Source of the DNA: a bacterium
GTDB taxonomy: Bacteria > Bacillota > Clostridia > Oscillospirales > Oscillospiraceae
DNA: 64,000 nt
Assembly (NCBI GenBank): GCA_963661735.1
Contig: CAVLCF010000111.1
Coordinates: forward strand, 8,063-72,062
Reading direction: 5' to 3'
The notes below the pieces were generated by a model, which saw only the letters and a program-made list of their open reading frames with translations, was not told where the DNA came from and ran no database searches. Position 1 is the first letter of the stretch, and every line of letters starts with the position of its first letter. Positions 26,814 through 35,699 of the stretch are shown here, one piece after another. Position numbers and translations under genes: made by a program.

Positions 26814-28724
26814 TTACATAAATCTCAGCTGCCCGAACAGCACGCACATCAGCGCGGCCACAGTACCCATAAGGATGGCGGTGAGCCAGGTGTTGCCGGT
26901 TTTGCGGAACAGATAGGTGGAGCCGCCTACGCCAACGGTCATGCCTACGGGCATACCCCAGATGCGCTGGGTGTCAGCATTGAAGGTGAACAGCCACTGG
27001 TTGTCCTGTCCCACGGACTGCAAGTGCCACTTCACCGCGATGATCACGATGATCGTAAAGGTGGCCAGGACCACATTGACGAGTACCGCCAGAATATCAT
27101 CCAGGGTCTCCTTGCCGGTGGTGGGCAGGCGGCGCTCCACGTTCATACCCATGCCAGAGAGTACAAAGCAGGCGATCCAGATCACGATGTAGATCAGCAT
27201 ATGGGGAATCTTGAACAGAGGAATGCTCTTGAAGCCGAAGAACCAGGCATAGAAATCGGTACCGGTCAGCACCTCTTGGAGCTTGATGGTGCCGAATGCC
27301 ACAGCCAGGGTCATAAGGGCAACGGCCAGGGTCTTGAGGATCATCTCACCGGAGAGCTTCTCTGCGCCGTCAGGGGCAAGACCCAGCTCGCAGAGCTTCA
27401 TCTTCTGCTGCTTGCCGTCGGTGTACTTGAACAGCAGGAACGTCAGCAGGCCCAATAGGGACATACCAATTACGGTGTAGAACGCCACATTGGAGTATGT
27501 AAAATTGAAAATACCGTAGTTCATGGCATTCTTGTTCTTCGGCGTCAGCAAACCGAAAGCGCCGGTTTTCAGAACGATCCAGGGGAACAGAATCCCGCAG
27601 ACGGCGGAGACCGCGAAGCCGCCCTTGCGCAGGCCGATATTCCGGGGCATCGGCTGCCGAACAATGGAGAATCCGGGAATCAGATCGATCAGCGCCAGCG
27701 CCACCGCGCAGATGAAAGCACCGAAGCAGAGGATGCCGAACAGGCTGGTATAATCCTTGTACATCCAAACCTGGTCATTGCTGTCGATGTAGTTGGGCAC
27801 ATTGTCCACTGCCTCCTGGGCAAACCAGACCAGCTTGCCGATGGTCCCCTGGTTTACGAAAGCCGCCTCATGGATCCGCTCATGATCCAGCGTTGCGTAG
27901 TAAGCATTGCCCTCCTCAAAAGAGCCGTACAGGGTATCCAGCTGGAAGGTATCCAAGTCTTCAAAGCCCGGGCGGGTCCTGATGGATTCCAGATTGCTCT
28001 CGGCAAACTTTTCGGGTGTCGTCTCTACGTCGCCGGTAGCGGAGAGATAATTGCCCTCATAGGCATCCCAGTAGGGCTTGTAGTCATCGGGCAGCAGGGC
28101 CACCTGAGACGCGGACATGATCGCCCTCGCGTTGTACTTCGCGCCCAGAACCATTGCGGAGGTGCAGCCCATGGAGTGACCGGCCGAGATAATATTATTG
28201 CTGTCCACAAAGCCGCAGTCCAGCAGGTAATTGTAGTAGGTCTCGCCTACCTCGACCATACATCCGTTTCCGAACCCCCATTTGTCCAGGAACTGCTCGG
28301 AGTCACCGGAACCAAACTGGTCAACGGAGAGAACGACAAAGCCCCGGCGGGCAAACTCCACCGCCCAGGACTCATGGTTTCTGGCGTTACCCGCGTTGCC
28401 GTGGAAATTGATCACCGCGGGAGCCGGATTTTCGTTGGTAGCCGTCTTTGGAACGTAGAGCAGCGCGCTGAATTGGCAGCCATCCCGGCCCACCATCGTC
28501 ATACGGGTAATTTTCACATTGCCCCAGCCTGTAATGACCCCCCAGTTGAGCAGCGCCGCCAGAATCACCAGAATCAGCGTTACGGCAAAGAAACGCTTCA
28601 CGCCCTGAGTCCTTCTCTTCTTTCCCTCCGGAGTATAGAAGTTCTTGCGGAGCTTCTCGCTGAAGTCGTAGTCCTTTTTTCGCTCCTGCTCGTCAGCTCC
28701 CATGATCTGCTTGAAATTCGCCAT
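26814..28724 (-). CDS. Signal-anchored alpha/beta-hydrolase plus polytopic membrane domain (paralog 5 of 5)
   Basis: A ~45-aa charged N-terminal extension, then the anchor FFAVTLILVILAALL. YVPKTATNENPAP..FHGNAGNARN, elbow GHSMG, His in RIHEA, MNVERRLPTTGKETLD, IWGMPVGM, YLFRKTGN. Confidence 0.82.
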   Translation of the reverse strand: MANFKQIMGADEQERKKDYDFSEKLRKNFYTPEGKKRRTQGVKRFFAVTLILVILAALLNWGVITGWGNVKITRMTMVGRDGCQFSALLYVPKTATNENPAPAVINFHGNAGNARNHESWAVEFARRGFVVLSVDQFGSGDSEQFLDKWGFGNGCMVEVGETYYNYLLDCGFVDSNNIISAGHSMGCTSAMVLGAKYNARAIMSASQVALLPDDYKPYWDAYEGNYLSATGDVETTPEKFAESNLESIRTRPGFEDLDTFQLDTLYGSFEEGNAYYATLDHERIHEAAFVNQGTIGKLVWFAQEAVDNVPNYIDSNDQVWMYKDYTSLFGILCFGAFICAVALALIDLIPGFSIVRQPMPRNIGLRKGGFAVSAVCGILFPWIVLKTGAFGLLTPKNKNAMNYGIFNFTYSNVAFYTVIGMSLLGLLTFLLFKYTDGKQQKMKLCELGLAPDGAEKLSGEMILKTLAVALMTLAVAFGTIKLQEVLTGTDFYAWFFGFKSIPLFKIPHMLIYIVIWIACFVLSGMGMNVERRLPTTGKETLDDILAVLVNVVLATFTIIVIIAVKWHLQSVGQDNQWLFTFNADTQRIWGMPVGMTVGVGGSTYLFRKTGNTWLTAILMGTVAALMCVLFGQLRFM

Positions 28725-28867
28725 GTTCTTTCTCCCTTCATTTATTTTGTCTGATAAATTGATATTTTTTCCTTATCAGCATGGCGATATTGTACAAAAA
28801 TTCTTCAAAAAGTGCAATATTTCTTGCATATATGGCACATAACGCCCCGCCACTGGGAAAGGTTTTT

Positions 28868-28898
28868 GCGTGAATGGGGCGATTTCCCGCGTGAATGG
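28868..28898 (-). promoter_or_regulatory. Candidate LytTR-regulator binding site: identical 10-bp direct repeat with 21-bp period
   Basis: GCGTGAATGG at 28868-28877 and 28889-28898. In gene orientation this reads CCATTCACGC x2, matching the boxes at 1841-1871. It lies 145-175 nt upstream of ATG 28724. Confidence 0.55.
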
Positions 28899-28921
28899 AT
28901 GCATTCTCCCTTCTCAGGGGC

Positions 28922-28970
28922 AAAAAAACCGGTCGTCTGGCTCACACAAATGGGAACAAGCCAAGCGACC
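28922..28970 (-). terminator. Rho-independent terminator ending the acd...MFS operon
   Basis: Minus-strand stem GGTCGCTTGGCT / AGCCAGACGACC (two G-U-type mismatches) followed by TTTTTTT. Confidence 0.65.
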
Positions 28971-28980
28971 GATCTTGATT

Positions 28981-30222
28981 TTATTTTCTTGCAGCCAGCT
29001 CCCGCTTATCACACATACCGATAAGCGCGGTTACAACAAATCCGCCCAGGGCCAGACCTGCCATCAGGAGGTAGGTACTCAGATAGGATTGGCTGGCATC
29101 GTACAGGGAACCGGCAATGGTGCTTCCAAAGGAAGCGATCACCAGGTTTGTGTTGATTACCGAAAAATTCATGGAGAAATTCTTCTGCCCGTAATAGCTG
29201 CTGACAAACGCGGAATTGATGGGTGTTACGCCGCCATAGGACAGGCCCCCGGTAATAAAGCCGGCAACGATCAGTGCAAAGCTCCCCGTTGTCAATCCAA
29301 GGGTCAGGATGACACTGGTAACAATGAAGGATGTGTTTACAAGATTCATAGTTGACGCCCGGCCAAGCCGGTCATACAGCATTCCGGACAGGACGCGGCC
29401 CACGGCGTTAAAAATGGAAATGAGACCAACCACCGTTGCAATGGTTCCGGCGCTGACACCGGGGCCAACCTCCGAAGCGCTTCCGGTCGCCTGGCTGATC
29501 AGTGCCAGTCCGGCGGCAGACAGCAGGATCGCCCAGATATAATACAGCCAGAAGGCTGGCTTGCGGATCATCTGTCCGGTCGTCGCCTCCATGGCCACCG
29601 GATTGGCTGCGCGCTTCTTCTGCGCGCTCCCGGTCGCCTCCGCAGGCTGGGGCTTCACAAAGAAGGGGGCGCAGAGCGCCAGCACGACAGGGATCACGAT
29701 TCCCATAAACCGGAAAGAATTCCGCCATGCGCCGATCTCGTCAGGCGTGAAAGCCTGGTAAAGCTTTCCGATGGCAAAGGCACTGACGCCAAAGCCCATC
29801 AGCAGAACTCCGGAAATCAACCCCTGCTTATCCGGAAACCATTTGGTAATGGTTCCCATGACGGCATTGTACACCAGGCCGGAGCCAAAGCCGCTGATCA
29901 CGCCAAAGCCAATGTACAGCATGGCAACGCTATGGATATTGGCGGTCATCTGAAAACCGAGCAGAAACAGCACGGCCGCCGCAACTACATAGAGCTTCGG
30001 GCTGAGCTTGGCCGACAGAAAGCCGCCGGCCATACAGCCCACGCAGAACAGAATCATCGTTATGGTAAAGGTCAGCGACAGCTGTGTTTTTGTCCACTCG
30101 GTAAATTCCGCGGCAATGGGCGCCGAGAGGACACTCCAGGCATAGATGATCCCGGCGCAGAAAAGCACCAGCACACCAACCGCCGCATATACCCAGCGAT
30201 TCAGTTTGTTCATTGATTTCAT
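28981..30222 (-). CDS. MFS transporter (oxalate/formate-antiporter-like subfamily)
   Basis: 413 aa, 12 predicted hydrophobic segments. Last gene of the operon. Confidence 0.7.
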   Translation of the reverse strand: MKSMNKLNRWVYAAVGVLVLFCAGIIYAWSVLSAPIAAEFTEWTKTQLSLTFTITMILFCVGCMAGGFLSAKLSPKLYVVAAAVLFLLGFQMTANIHSVAMLYIGFGVISGFGSGLVYNAVMGTITKWFPDKQGLISGVLLMGFGVSAFAIGKLYQAFTPDEIGAWRNSFRFMGIVIPVVLALCAPFFVKPQPAEATGSAQKKRAANPVAMEATTGQMIRKPAFWLYYIWAILLSAAGLALISQATGSASEVGPGVSAGTIATVVGLISIFNAVGRVLSGMLYDRLGRASTMNLVNTSFIVTSVILTLGLTTGSFALIVAGFITGGLSYGGVTPINSAFVSSYYGQKNFSMNFSVINTNLVIASFGSTIAGSLYDASQSYLSTYLLMAGLALGGFVVTALIGMCDKRELAARK

Positions 30223-30228
30223 ACCCTC

Positions 30229-31308
30229 TTACTTCTCTTCAAAAATGTGGGCTGTCTCCTCGCCGGCCAGGACGCGCAGCGCGCCCAACGCCAGGGCCTC
30301 CATTTCGTTTTCTCCCGCATAGACCGTCACAGGCGCAATAAAGGAAACTCTGTGGGTGATCTCACCGCAGAAATACTTGGAATAAGCAATGCCGCCGGTC
30401 AGCACGATCCGGTCAACGGAACCGTCCACCACCACGGCCAGCTTGGCAATGCTCCGGGCCACACTCAGTGCCATGGCATCGTAGACAAGCTTTGCCTGGG
30501 CATTGCCCTCTTCCAGGGCCATTTTCTCCACCGTACGGGTGTCGGAGGTCCCAAACCAGGAGGTCAGGCCGCCGCCCCGCTGGAGCAGCTTCATGGTGCC
30601 CGCGTAATCCAGATGCTTCTCCTCCAAAGCGGAGAGCATCCGGTAAATCGGCAGAGCGCCTGCCCGCTCAGGGCTGAACGCTCCTTCGTCATCGGAGATC
30701 ATATCAATGATCCGGCCCTGGCTGTGCAGACTCAGGGTAATGCCGCCGCCCAGGTGGGCCACAATGATATTGGACTTGCCATAGTCCATATTCTCTTCCC
30801 TGCACAGGCGCAGCGCGGCGGCGCGCATGTTCAGGTTATGTCCCTGTCCGAAGCGCTGGACCTCCTTCAGGCCGGTAATACGCACCAGATCAATCATTTC
30901 ATCCACGGTGACAGGGTCATAGATATAGGCCTTCACCCCTGCCTGACGGGCAATGTGCAGCGCGATCGCCGCTCCGAGATTGGAGGCATGGTGATTCACA
31001 GGCCGGTCCCGCAGGACCTCTACCATGGCGTCGTTGACTTCGTAGGCCCCGGCGCTGACTCGCCCCAGCAGTCCGCCCCGGCTGACCACGGCGCTGAGGG
31101 AATCGACCTTCTCCCCCTTGTCCGCAATGGTTTTCAGGACCAGCTGTGTGCGCATTTCCAGCTGGTCATAGATAACGGCATAGGTTTTGATCTGCGCGGG
31201 ATCGTGCTCAATATTTTCTCCCCACTTCTTCTCTTTTCCGCAGTACCAGGCAATTTTCGTGGAGGTAGAACCGGGGTTAATGACCAAAATGTTATTCATT
31301 TCTTGCAC
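30229..31308 (-). CDS. buk: Butyrate (short/branched-chain acyl) kinase
   Basis: ILVINPGSTSTKIAWY N-terminus and HLGGGITLS, ASKHA fold. 359 aa. Confidence 0.88.
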   Translation of the reverse strand: MQEMNNILVINPGSTSTKIAWYCGKEKKWGENIEHDPAQIKTYAVIYDQLEMRTQLVLKTIADKGEKVDSLSAVVSRGGLLGRVSAGAYEVNDAMVEVLRDRPVNHHASNLGAAIALHIARQAGVKAYIYDPVTVDEMIDLVRITGLKEVQRFGQGHNLNMRAAALRLCREENMDYGKSNIIVAHLGGGITLSLHSQGRIIDMISDDEGAFSPERAGALPIYRMLSALEEKHLDYAGTMKLLQRGGGLTSWFGTSDTRTVEKMALEEGNAQAKLVYDAMALSVARSIAKLAVVVDGSVDRIVLTGGIAYSKYFCGEITHRVSFIAPVTVYAGENEMEALALGALRVLAGEETAHIFEEK

Positions 31309-31419
31309 CTCTTTTTCATAATTAACAGAATACCCATACCGCCCGTTCCTCTCAAACCAGCGGTATGGGCACCTTTAGGAGGCTCGGCAGCGGGGGCTCA
31401 GACCCGCTGCCAGGAGCTG

Positions 31420-31968
31420 TCAGATTTTCTGGCTGCGGCCGATCTCCAGGCCCTTTTCAAACGCCTGGCGGTTCAGCGGCAGCAGCTTTGCCTTCTTGGC
31501 AAGCTTGTGCTCAATGGTGTTCCAAACGATCTCAGGCGCGATCACTTCGGTATAGCCGACGTAAACGCCCAGCATGATCACGTTCAGCACCTTTGCGTTT
31601 CCCATTTCCAGAGCAAGCTCGGTAACGGGAGCGCTGACAACTGTAATATCCTTGCGGTCGATCTCGTCCTTCACAATACTGCTGTTGATGAAAAGCGTAC
31701 CGCCGGAACGCAGTGTTTTCAGAAATTTATTCAGGGACGCGCCGTTCATAACGATCAGGTCGTCCATAACATCGCCCAGAGGCGCGCCAATGGGTTCATC
31801 GGAGATAACGACAAAGCAATTCGCGGTACCGCCCCGCTGCTCAGCGCCATAGGAGGGGAAAAAGGTCACGTTCTTGTCGGTGGAATTGCAGGTGGCATCC
31901 GCCAGGAACTTTCCCAGGGTCATAACGCCCTGTCCACCGAAGCCGGCAACACAAAGATTGGTTTCCAT
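31420..31968 (-). CDS. 2-oxoacid:ferredoxin oxidoreductase, gamma subunit
   Basis: CVAGFGGQGVMTLGKFLA motif. 182 aa. Confidence 0.85.
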   Translation of the reverse strand: METNLCVAGFGGQGVMTLGKFLADATCNSTDKNVTFFPSYGAEQRGGTANCFVVISDEPIGAPLGDVMDDLIVMNGASLNKFLKTLRSGGTLFINSSIVKDEIDRKDITVVSAPVTELALEMGNAKVLNVIMLGVYVGYTEVIAPEIVWNTIEHKLAKKAKLLPLNRQAFEKGLEIGRSQKI

Positions 31969-31979
31969 AGTATTCCTCC

Positions 31980-32717
31980 TTATCGGTCACGCACAATGCC
32001 CAGAGGGAATTCCGGAAGCATCTTCTCCTCCAGGAAATCCAGAGCCTTCAGTGCGTCCATTCCCCAGTTGGTGGGGCAGCTGGTGACGATTTCCACCAGA
32101 GAAAATCCCTTGCCATCCAGCTGATTCTGGAATGCCTTCTTGATATACTGCTTGGTCTTGTTGACATTCGCCGGAGTATTGCAGCTGGTTCTGGCCAGGA
32201 ATACGGGAGCACGCAGCTGGTCCAAAATTTCAACCATGTGCATGGGATAGCCATGCTCCGCGGGATCCCGGCCCTGGGGTGCGGTGGTGGCCTTCATCCC
32301 AACCAGAGTGGTCGGGGCCATCTGCCCGCCGGTCATGCCATAAATACCGTTGTTGATAAAGATAACGGAGATGTTCTCGCCCCGGTTTGCGGCGCTCATG
32401 CTCTCCGCCAGACCGATGGAAGCAAAGTCGCCGTCGCCCTGATAGGTAAACACCAGGGTATCCGGATTGCTGCGCTTGACGCCGGTTGCAACGGCGCAGG
32501 CACGTCCGTGGGGGGAGGTAATGTTGTCATAAGCAATGTAATCCATCTGCAAGCCGCAGCAGCCAATACCCAGGCAGCACAGGGTCCTGTCGACCAGGCC
32601 CATCTCGTCCAGGACCTCACCGATGAGCTTCATAACCGTGCCGTGCATACAGCCGGGGCAAAAGCCGGAGACCTTGTCCTCCTGGATCGTCTTTGTACGG
32701 GAATAGATCTTTTCCAT
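31980..32717 (-). CDS. 2-oxoacid:ferredoxin oxidoreductase, beta (TPP-binding) subunit
   Basis: FCPGCMHG and GDGDFASIG thiamine-diphosphate motif. 245 aa. Confidence 0.87.
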   Translation of the reverse strand: MEKIYSRTKTIQEDKVSGFCPGCMHGTVMKLIGEVLDEMGLVDRTLCCLGIGCCGLQMDYIAYDNITSPHGRACAVATGVKRSNPDTLVFTYQGDGDFASIGLAESMSAANRGENISVIFINNGIYGMTGGQMAPTTLVGMKATTAPQGRDPAEHGYPMHMVEILDQLRAPVFLARTSCNTPANVNKTKQYIKKAFQNQLDGKGFSLVEIVTSCPTNWGMDALKALDFLEEKMLPEFPLGIVRDR

Positions 32718-32719
32718 CT

Positions 32720-33802
32720 TTACTTGCCCTCCAAAATCGAATTGACTGCCTCGATGACCTTTTCACGGCTCATAATATTGCCGCCGGAGCAGAGGCAGGT
32801 CTGAATGGGGCAGCGCTCCTTCACGCCGGCCTTCACGTCCTCAATGAATTGGGCGGGAATGGACATTTCTACATCCAGGACCGCTTTGATGTTTGCGTAG
32901 TTCAGCCGGTCAAAGGCCTTATAGGGGAAGGGAGAAACGGTAATGGGACGAATCAGGCCCACTTTCTTCCCCTCCTTGCGCAGCATATCCACAGCGCTCT
33001 TAGCGATACGGGCGGAAATACCGTAGGCCGCGATAACGACCTGCGCATCCTCGGTCAGATATTCTTCCACCCGAACGTCCTTCTCCCAGCTCTCATACAG
33101 CGCCGCGGCTTCCTCGTTCTTCTGCTGCTGTACAATGGTGGACCACTGGCCGGGTTCAATCCAGGCGCGGTTCTTATAGTCCAGCGGGTGGCCTACGCAA
33201 GCCCATTTCCGCTTGGATTCCTTGATGGCGGCAACCTCTTCCTCGCTCTTCATCTCAGGCAGGACAACCGGCTCCATCATGGTGCCGATAACACCGTCCG
33301 CCAGGATCAGCACAGGGTTACGGTCCCGATCCGCATAGTCAAATGCCTGATAAGTCATATCAACGGCCTCCTGCACCGTGCTGGGCGCGAACACCAGCAT
33401 CCGGAAACCTCCGTTGCCGGATGCCTTGGTAGCCTGGAAATAATCCATCTGGGCAGGCTGGATAGAGCCCACGCCGGGGCCGCCGCGGCTGACATTGCAG
33501 TAAACCATAGGAATTCGGGCAGAGGCACAGTAGCTGATACCCTCGCTCTTCAGAGAAATTCCGGGGCTGGAAGAAGAAGTCATCGACCGGGTACCGGCAG
33601 CGGCCGCACCGTAGACCATGCTGATGGACGCGACCTCAGACTCACCCTGGACGAACTTTCCGCCAACCTCCGGCATCCGCCGGGCAAAATACTCGGGGAT
33701 TTCGTTCTGCGGCGTAATGGGATAACCGGCGAAGAACCGGCATCCGGCACGTACGGCTGCCTCCGCGATCGCTTCGCAGCCTTTCATAAATACACGGGCC
33801 AT
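32720..33802 (-). CDS. 2-oxoacid:ferredoxin oxidoreductase, alpha subunit
   Basis: ATG 33802 follows AGGAGG. MKGCEAIAEAAVRAGCRFFAGYPITPQNEI. Confidence 0.87.
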   Translation of the reverse strand: MARVFMKGCEAIAEAAVRAGCRFFAGYPITPQNEIPEYFARRMPEVGGKFVQGESEVASISMVYGAAAAGTRSMTSSSSPGISLKSEGISYCASARIPMVYCNVSRGGPGVGSIQPAQMDYFQATKASGNGGFRMLVFAPSTVQEAVDMTYQAFDYADRDRNPVLILADGVIGTMMEPVVLPEMKSEEEVAAIKESKRKWACVGHPLDYKNRAWIEPGQWSTIVQQQKNEEAAALYESWEKDVRVEEYLTEDAQVVIAAYGISARIAKSAVDMLRKEGKKVGLIRPITVSPFPYKAFDRLNYANIKAVLDVEMSIPAQFIEDVKAGVKERCPIQTCLCSGGNIMSREKVIEAVNSILEGK

Positions 33803-33821
33803 TTTCCTTGTCCTCCTTAAA

Positions 33822-34022
33822 TTATTTGTATACCTCAATCGCGCCGTCAGGGCACATTCTCGCGCAGATGCAGCAGCCCACGCAGCTGTCCGCGTTTACG
33901 CTCTCCACAACCTCATAGCCCTTGGAATTGACCTTTGTTCCAATCGCCAGCACATTTTTGGGGCAGAACTTCACGCAATAGCCGCAGCTCTTGCAGCGCT
34001 CCGCCACAATTTCAACCTTTGC
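33822..34022 (-). CDS. 2-oxoacid:ferredoxin oxidoreductase, delta subunit (2x[4Fe-4S] ferredoxin)
   Basis: ATG 34022 follows AAGGAGG. CKSCGYCVKFCP and CVGCCICARMCP motifs. Confidence 0.85.
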   Translation of the reverse strand, partial: AKVEIVAERCKSCGYCVKFCPKNVLAIGTKVNSKGYEVVESVNADSCVGCCICARMCPDGAIEVYK

Positions 34023-34053
34023 CATTTGACAAACCTCCTTCATGGTTTTCCTT

Positions 34054-34755
34054 TTATATCGCCTCACGCAGTTCGTCCCGTTCCCAGGGGTAGGTCAGAA
34101 ACAGCTTCACAGGGAGCCAGGCTTCCGGCTCCGTTACCTCCGAAAGCAGCCTTTCCCAAACACAGCGGAACGCAACCTCTTTGTATGCGCCAACGGTCTG
34201 CAGAACCTTTTCGGTTCCCCGGGTCACATCCTCGGCGTTGGTGTGAATGCCCAGGTTACAATTGGCGATCAGCCGGACATTTTCCAGCCGGATATGGCTG
34301 ACACCCAGTACCTGTCCCAAAACCTGATCAATATGGTCAATGTCCATAGACCAGGCCCGATAGCTGTTGATAATGTAATACACAACAGTACTCGGCGCAT
34401 TGAGCAGCGGCGCATAGCCACCAATGGAACGGGCTCCGATATAATCGCCGCCCACATCCATGATAACGTACGCTTCCGGATCCCGCAGCAGCTTCATAAC
34501 GCCGCCTGTCACCGTCGGCGCATCCATGAACTGCTCCTCGAAATGGACCTGAACGCCCGCCTGCTCCAGCCTCTGTGCCAGATCCCGGGAGCGAAACAGG
34601 GGTTTGGTCATGTCCAGATCGAAGAAGTGCACTTCCCGTCCGTCCTGCTCAGCCAGCGCGCATGCCAGATTCATTGCGATCTCGCTTTTTCCGCACCCCG
34701 CCTCACCAAGAAATACAAAATTCTTCTGTTCTCCGGCAAGCTGCTTCCACTCCAT
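34054..34755 (-). CDS. MinD/CooC-like (SIMIBI) P-loop NTPase of unknown role
   Basis: ATG 34755 follows GGGGGAGG (codon 37 of the track ORF). Walker A FLGEAGCGKSE and Walker B-like YVIMDVGGD. Confidence 0.6.
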   Translation of the reverse strand: MEWKQLAGEQKNFVFLGEAGCGKSEIAMNLACALAEQDGREVHFFDLDMTKPLFRSRDLAQRLEQAGVQVHFEEQFMDAPTVTGGVMKLLRDPEAYVIMDVGGDYIGARSIGGYAPLLNAPSTVVYYIINSYRAWSMDIDHIDQVLGQVLGVSHIRLENVRLIANCNLGIHTNAEDVTRGTEKVLQTVGAYKEVAFRCVWERLLSEVTEPEAWLPVKLFLTYPWERDELREAI

Positions 34756-34778
34756 ACCGAATCCTCCCCCGGCTATGC

Positions 34779-35684
34779 TTATACCGCGGCGGCTGCCGCC
34801 ACCACGATGGACAGGTACTTTTCTTCCTCGCTGGAACCGCGGCTGGTCATAATGATGGGACACCTGGCGCCTTCAATAAACCCGGCCATTTTTGCATGCG
34901 CTGTGCAGACCAGCATCTTGCCCATGATGTTCCCGGCGTGGATATTGGGCGCTACCAGCACATCCACATCCCCGGCGATCCGGCTTTCGTAGCCCTTGAA
35001 ATCAGCGATTTCCTTATCTACAGCGCAGTCATAGCTAATGGGGCCCTCAACGATGCAGCCGGTGATCTCGCCATGCTCGTTCATCTCCTGCAGGGCACGT
35101 CCGTCTACGGTCTCCGGCATTTTGGGGTCCAGCTTCTCCTTGCAGGCCAGCACACCGACCTTGGGGCAATCGTAACCGATCCGGTGCAGAACGCTGACGG
35201 TATTTTCGATGATTGCCTTTTTCTGATCCAGCGTAGGATAGGGCACCATGCCGCCGTCCACAGGAACCAGCAGCTTATGATAGGTGGGGACCTCGAACAG
35301 GGTAACGTGGCTCATAATGCCGCCTTTCCCCAGGCCATGCTCCTTATTGACGACCTCCCGCAGGAAAATGCTGGTATCCACCTTTCCCTTCATCAGGAAG
35401 TCGCCTTTGCCCTCCCGAACCAGCTGCACAGCCAGCTGACAGGTCTCTTTCAGACCGGTGCAGTCATAAAGCTCCACATCCGCATCCACGGCATCCAGTT
35501 CCCGGAGAATCGCTTTCATTACATCGGTCTCGCCCACCAGGATCGGGTGGACAATCCCCTCCTTCATGGCGTTCAGCGCGGCGCCAATGGAGTGGGAATC
35601 ATTGGCGCAGGCGACAACCATGCGCTTCCGGCCGGGAGCCGCCTTAACGTGCTCGATCAACTCGGCAAAATTTCGATATGCCAT
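34779..35684 (-). CDS. ptb: Phosphate butyryl/acyl-transferase (PTA_PTB family)
   Basis: 301 aa. RMVVACANDSHSIGA, ILVGE and MTSRGSS motifs typical of Ptb. Confidence 0.85.
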   Translation of the reverse strand: MAYRNFAELIEHVKAAPGRKRMVVACANDSHSIGAALNAMKEGIVHPILVGETDVMKAILRELDAVDADVELYDCTGLKETCQLAVQLVREGKGDFLMKGKVDTSIFLREVVNKEHGLGKGGIMSHVTLFEVPTYHKLLVPVDGGMVPYPTLDQKKAIIENTVSVLHRIGYDCPKVGVLACKEKLDPKMPETVDGRALQEMNEHGEITGCIVEGPISYDCAVDKEIADFKGYESRIAGDVDVLVAPNIHAGNIMGKMLVCTAHAKMAGFIEGARCPIIMTSRGSSEEEKYLSIVVAAAAAV

Positions 35685-35699
35685 TTGTAAAACCTCCCA

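Noticed and set aside
26814-28724. Possible relationship of the polytopic domain to CPBP/Abi (CAAX-protease-like) domains, based on the NVERR and YRKTGN-W..A segments.
   Set aside because: The canonical EExxxR, FxxxH and HxxxN motifs are not present. The resemblance is too weak to assert without profile searches.
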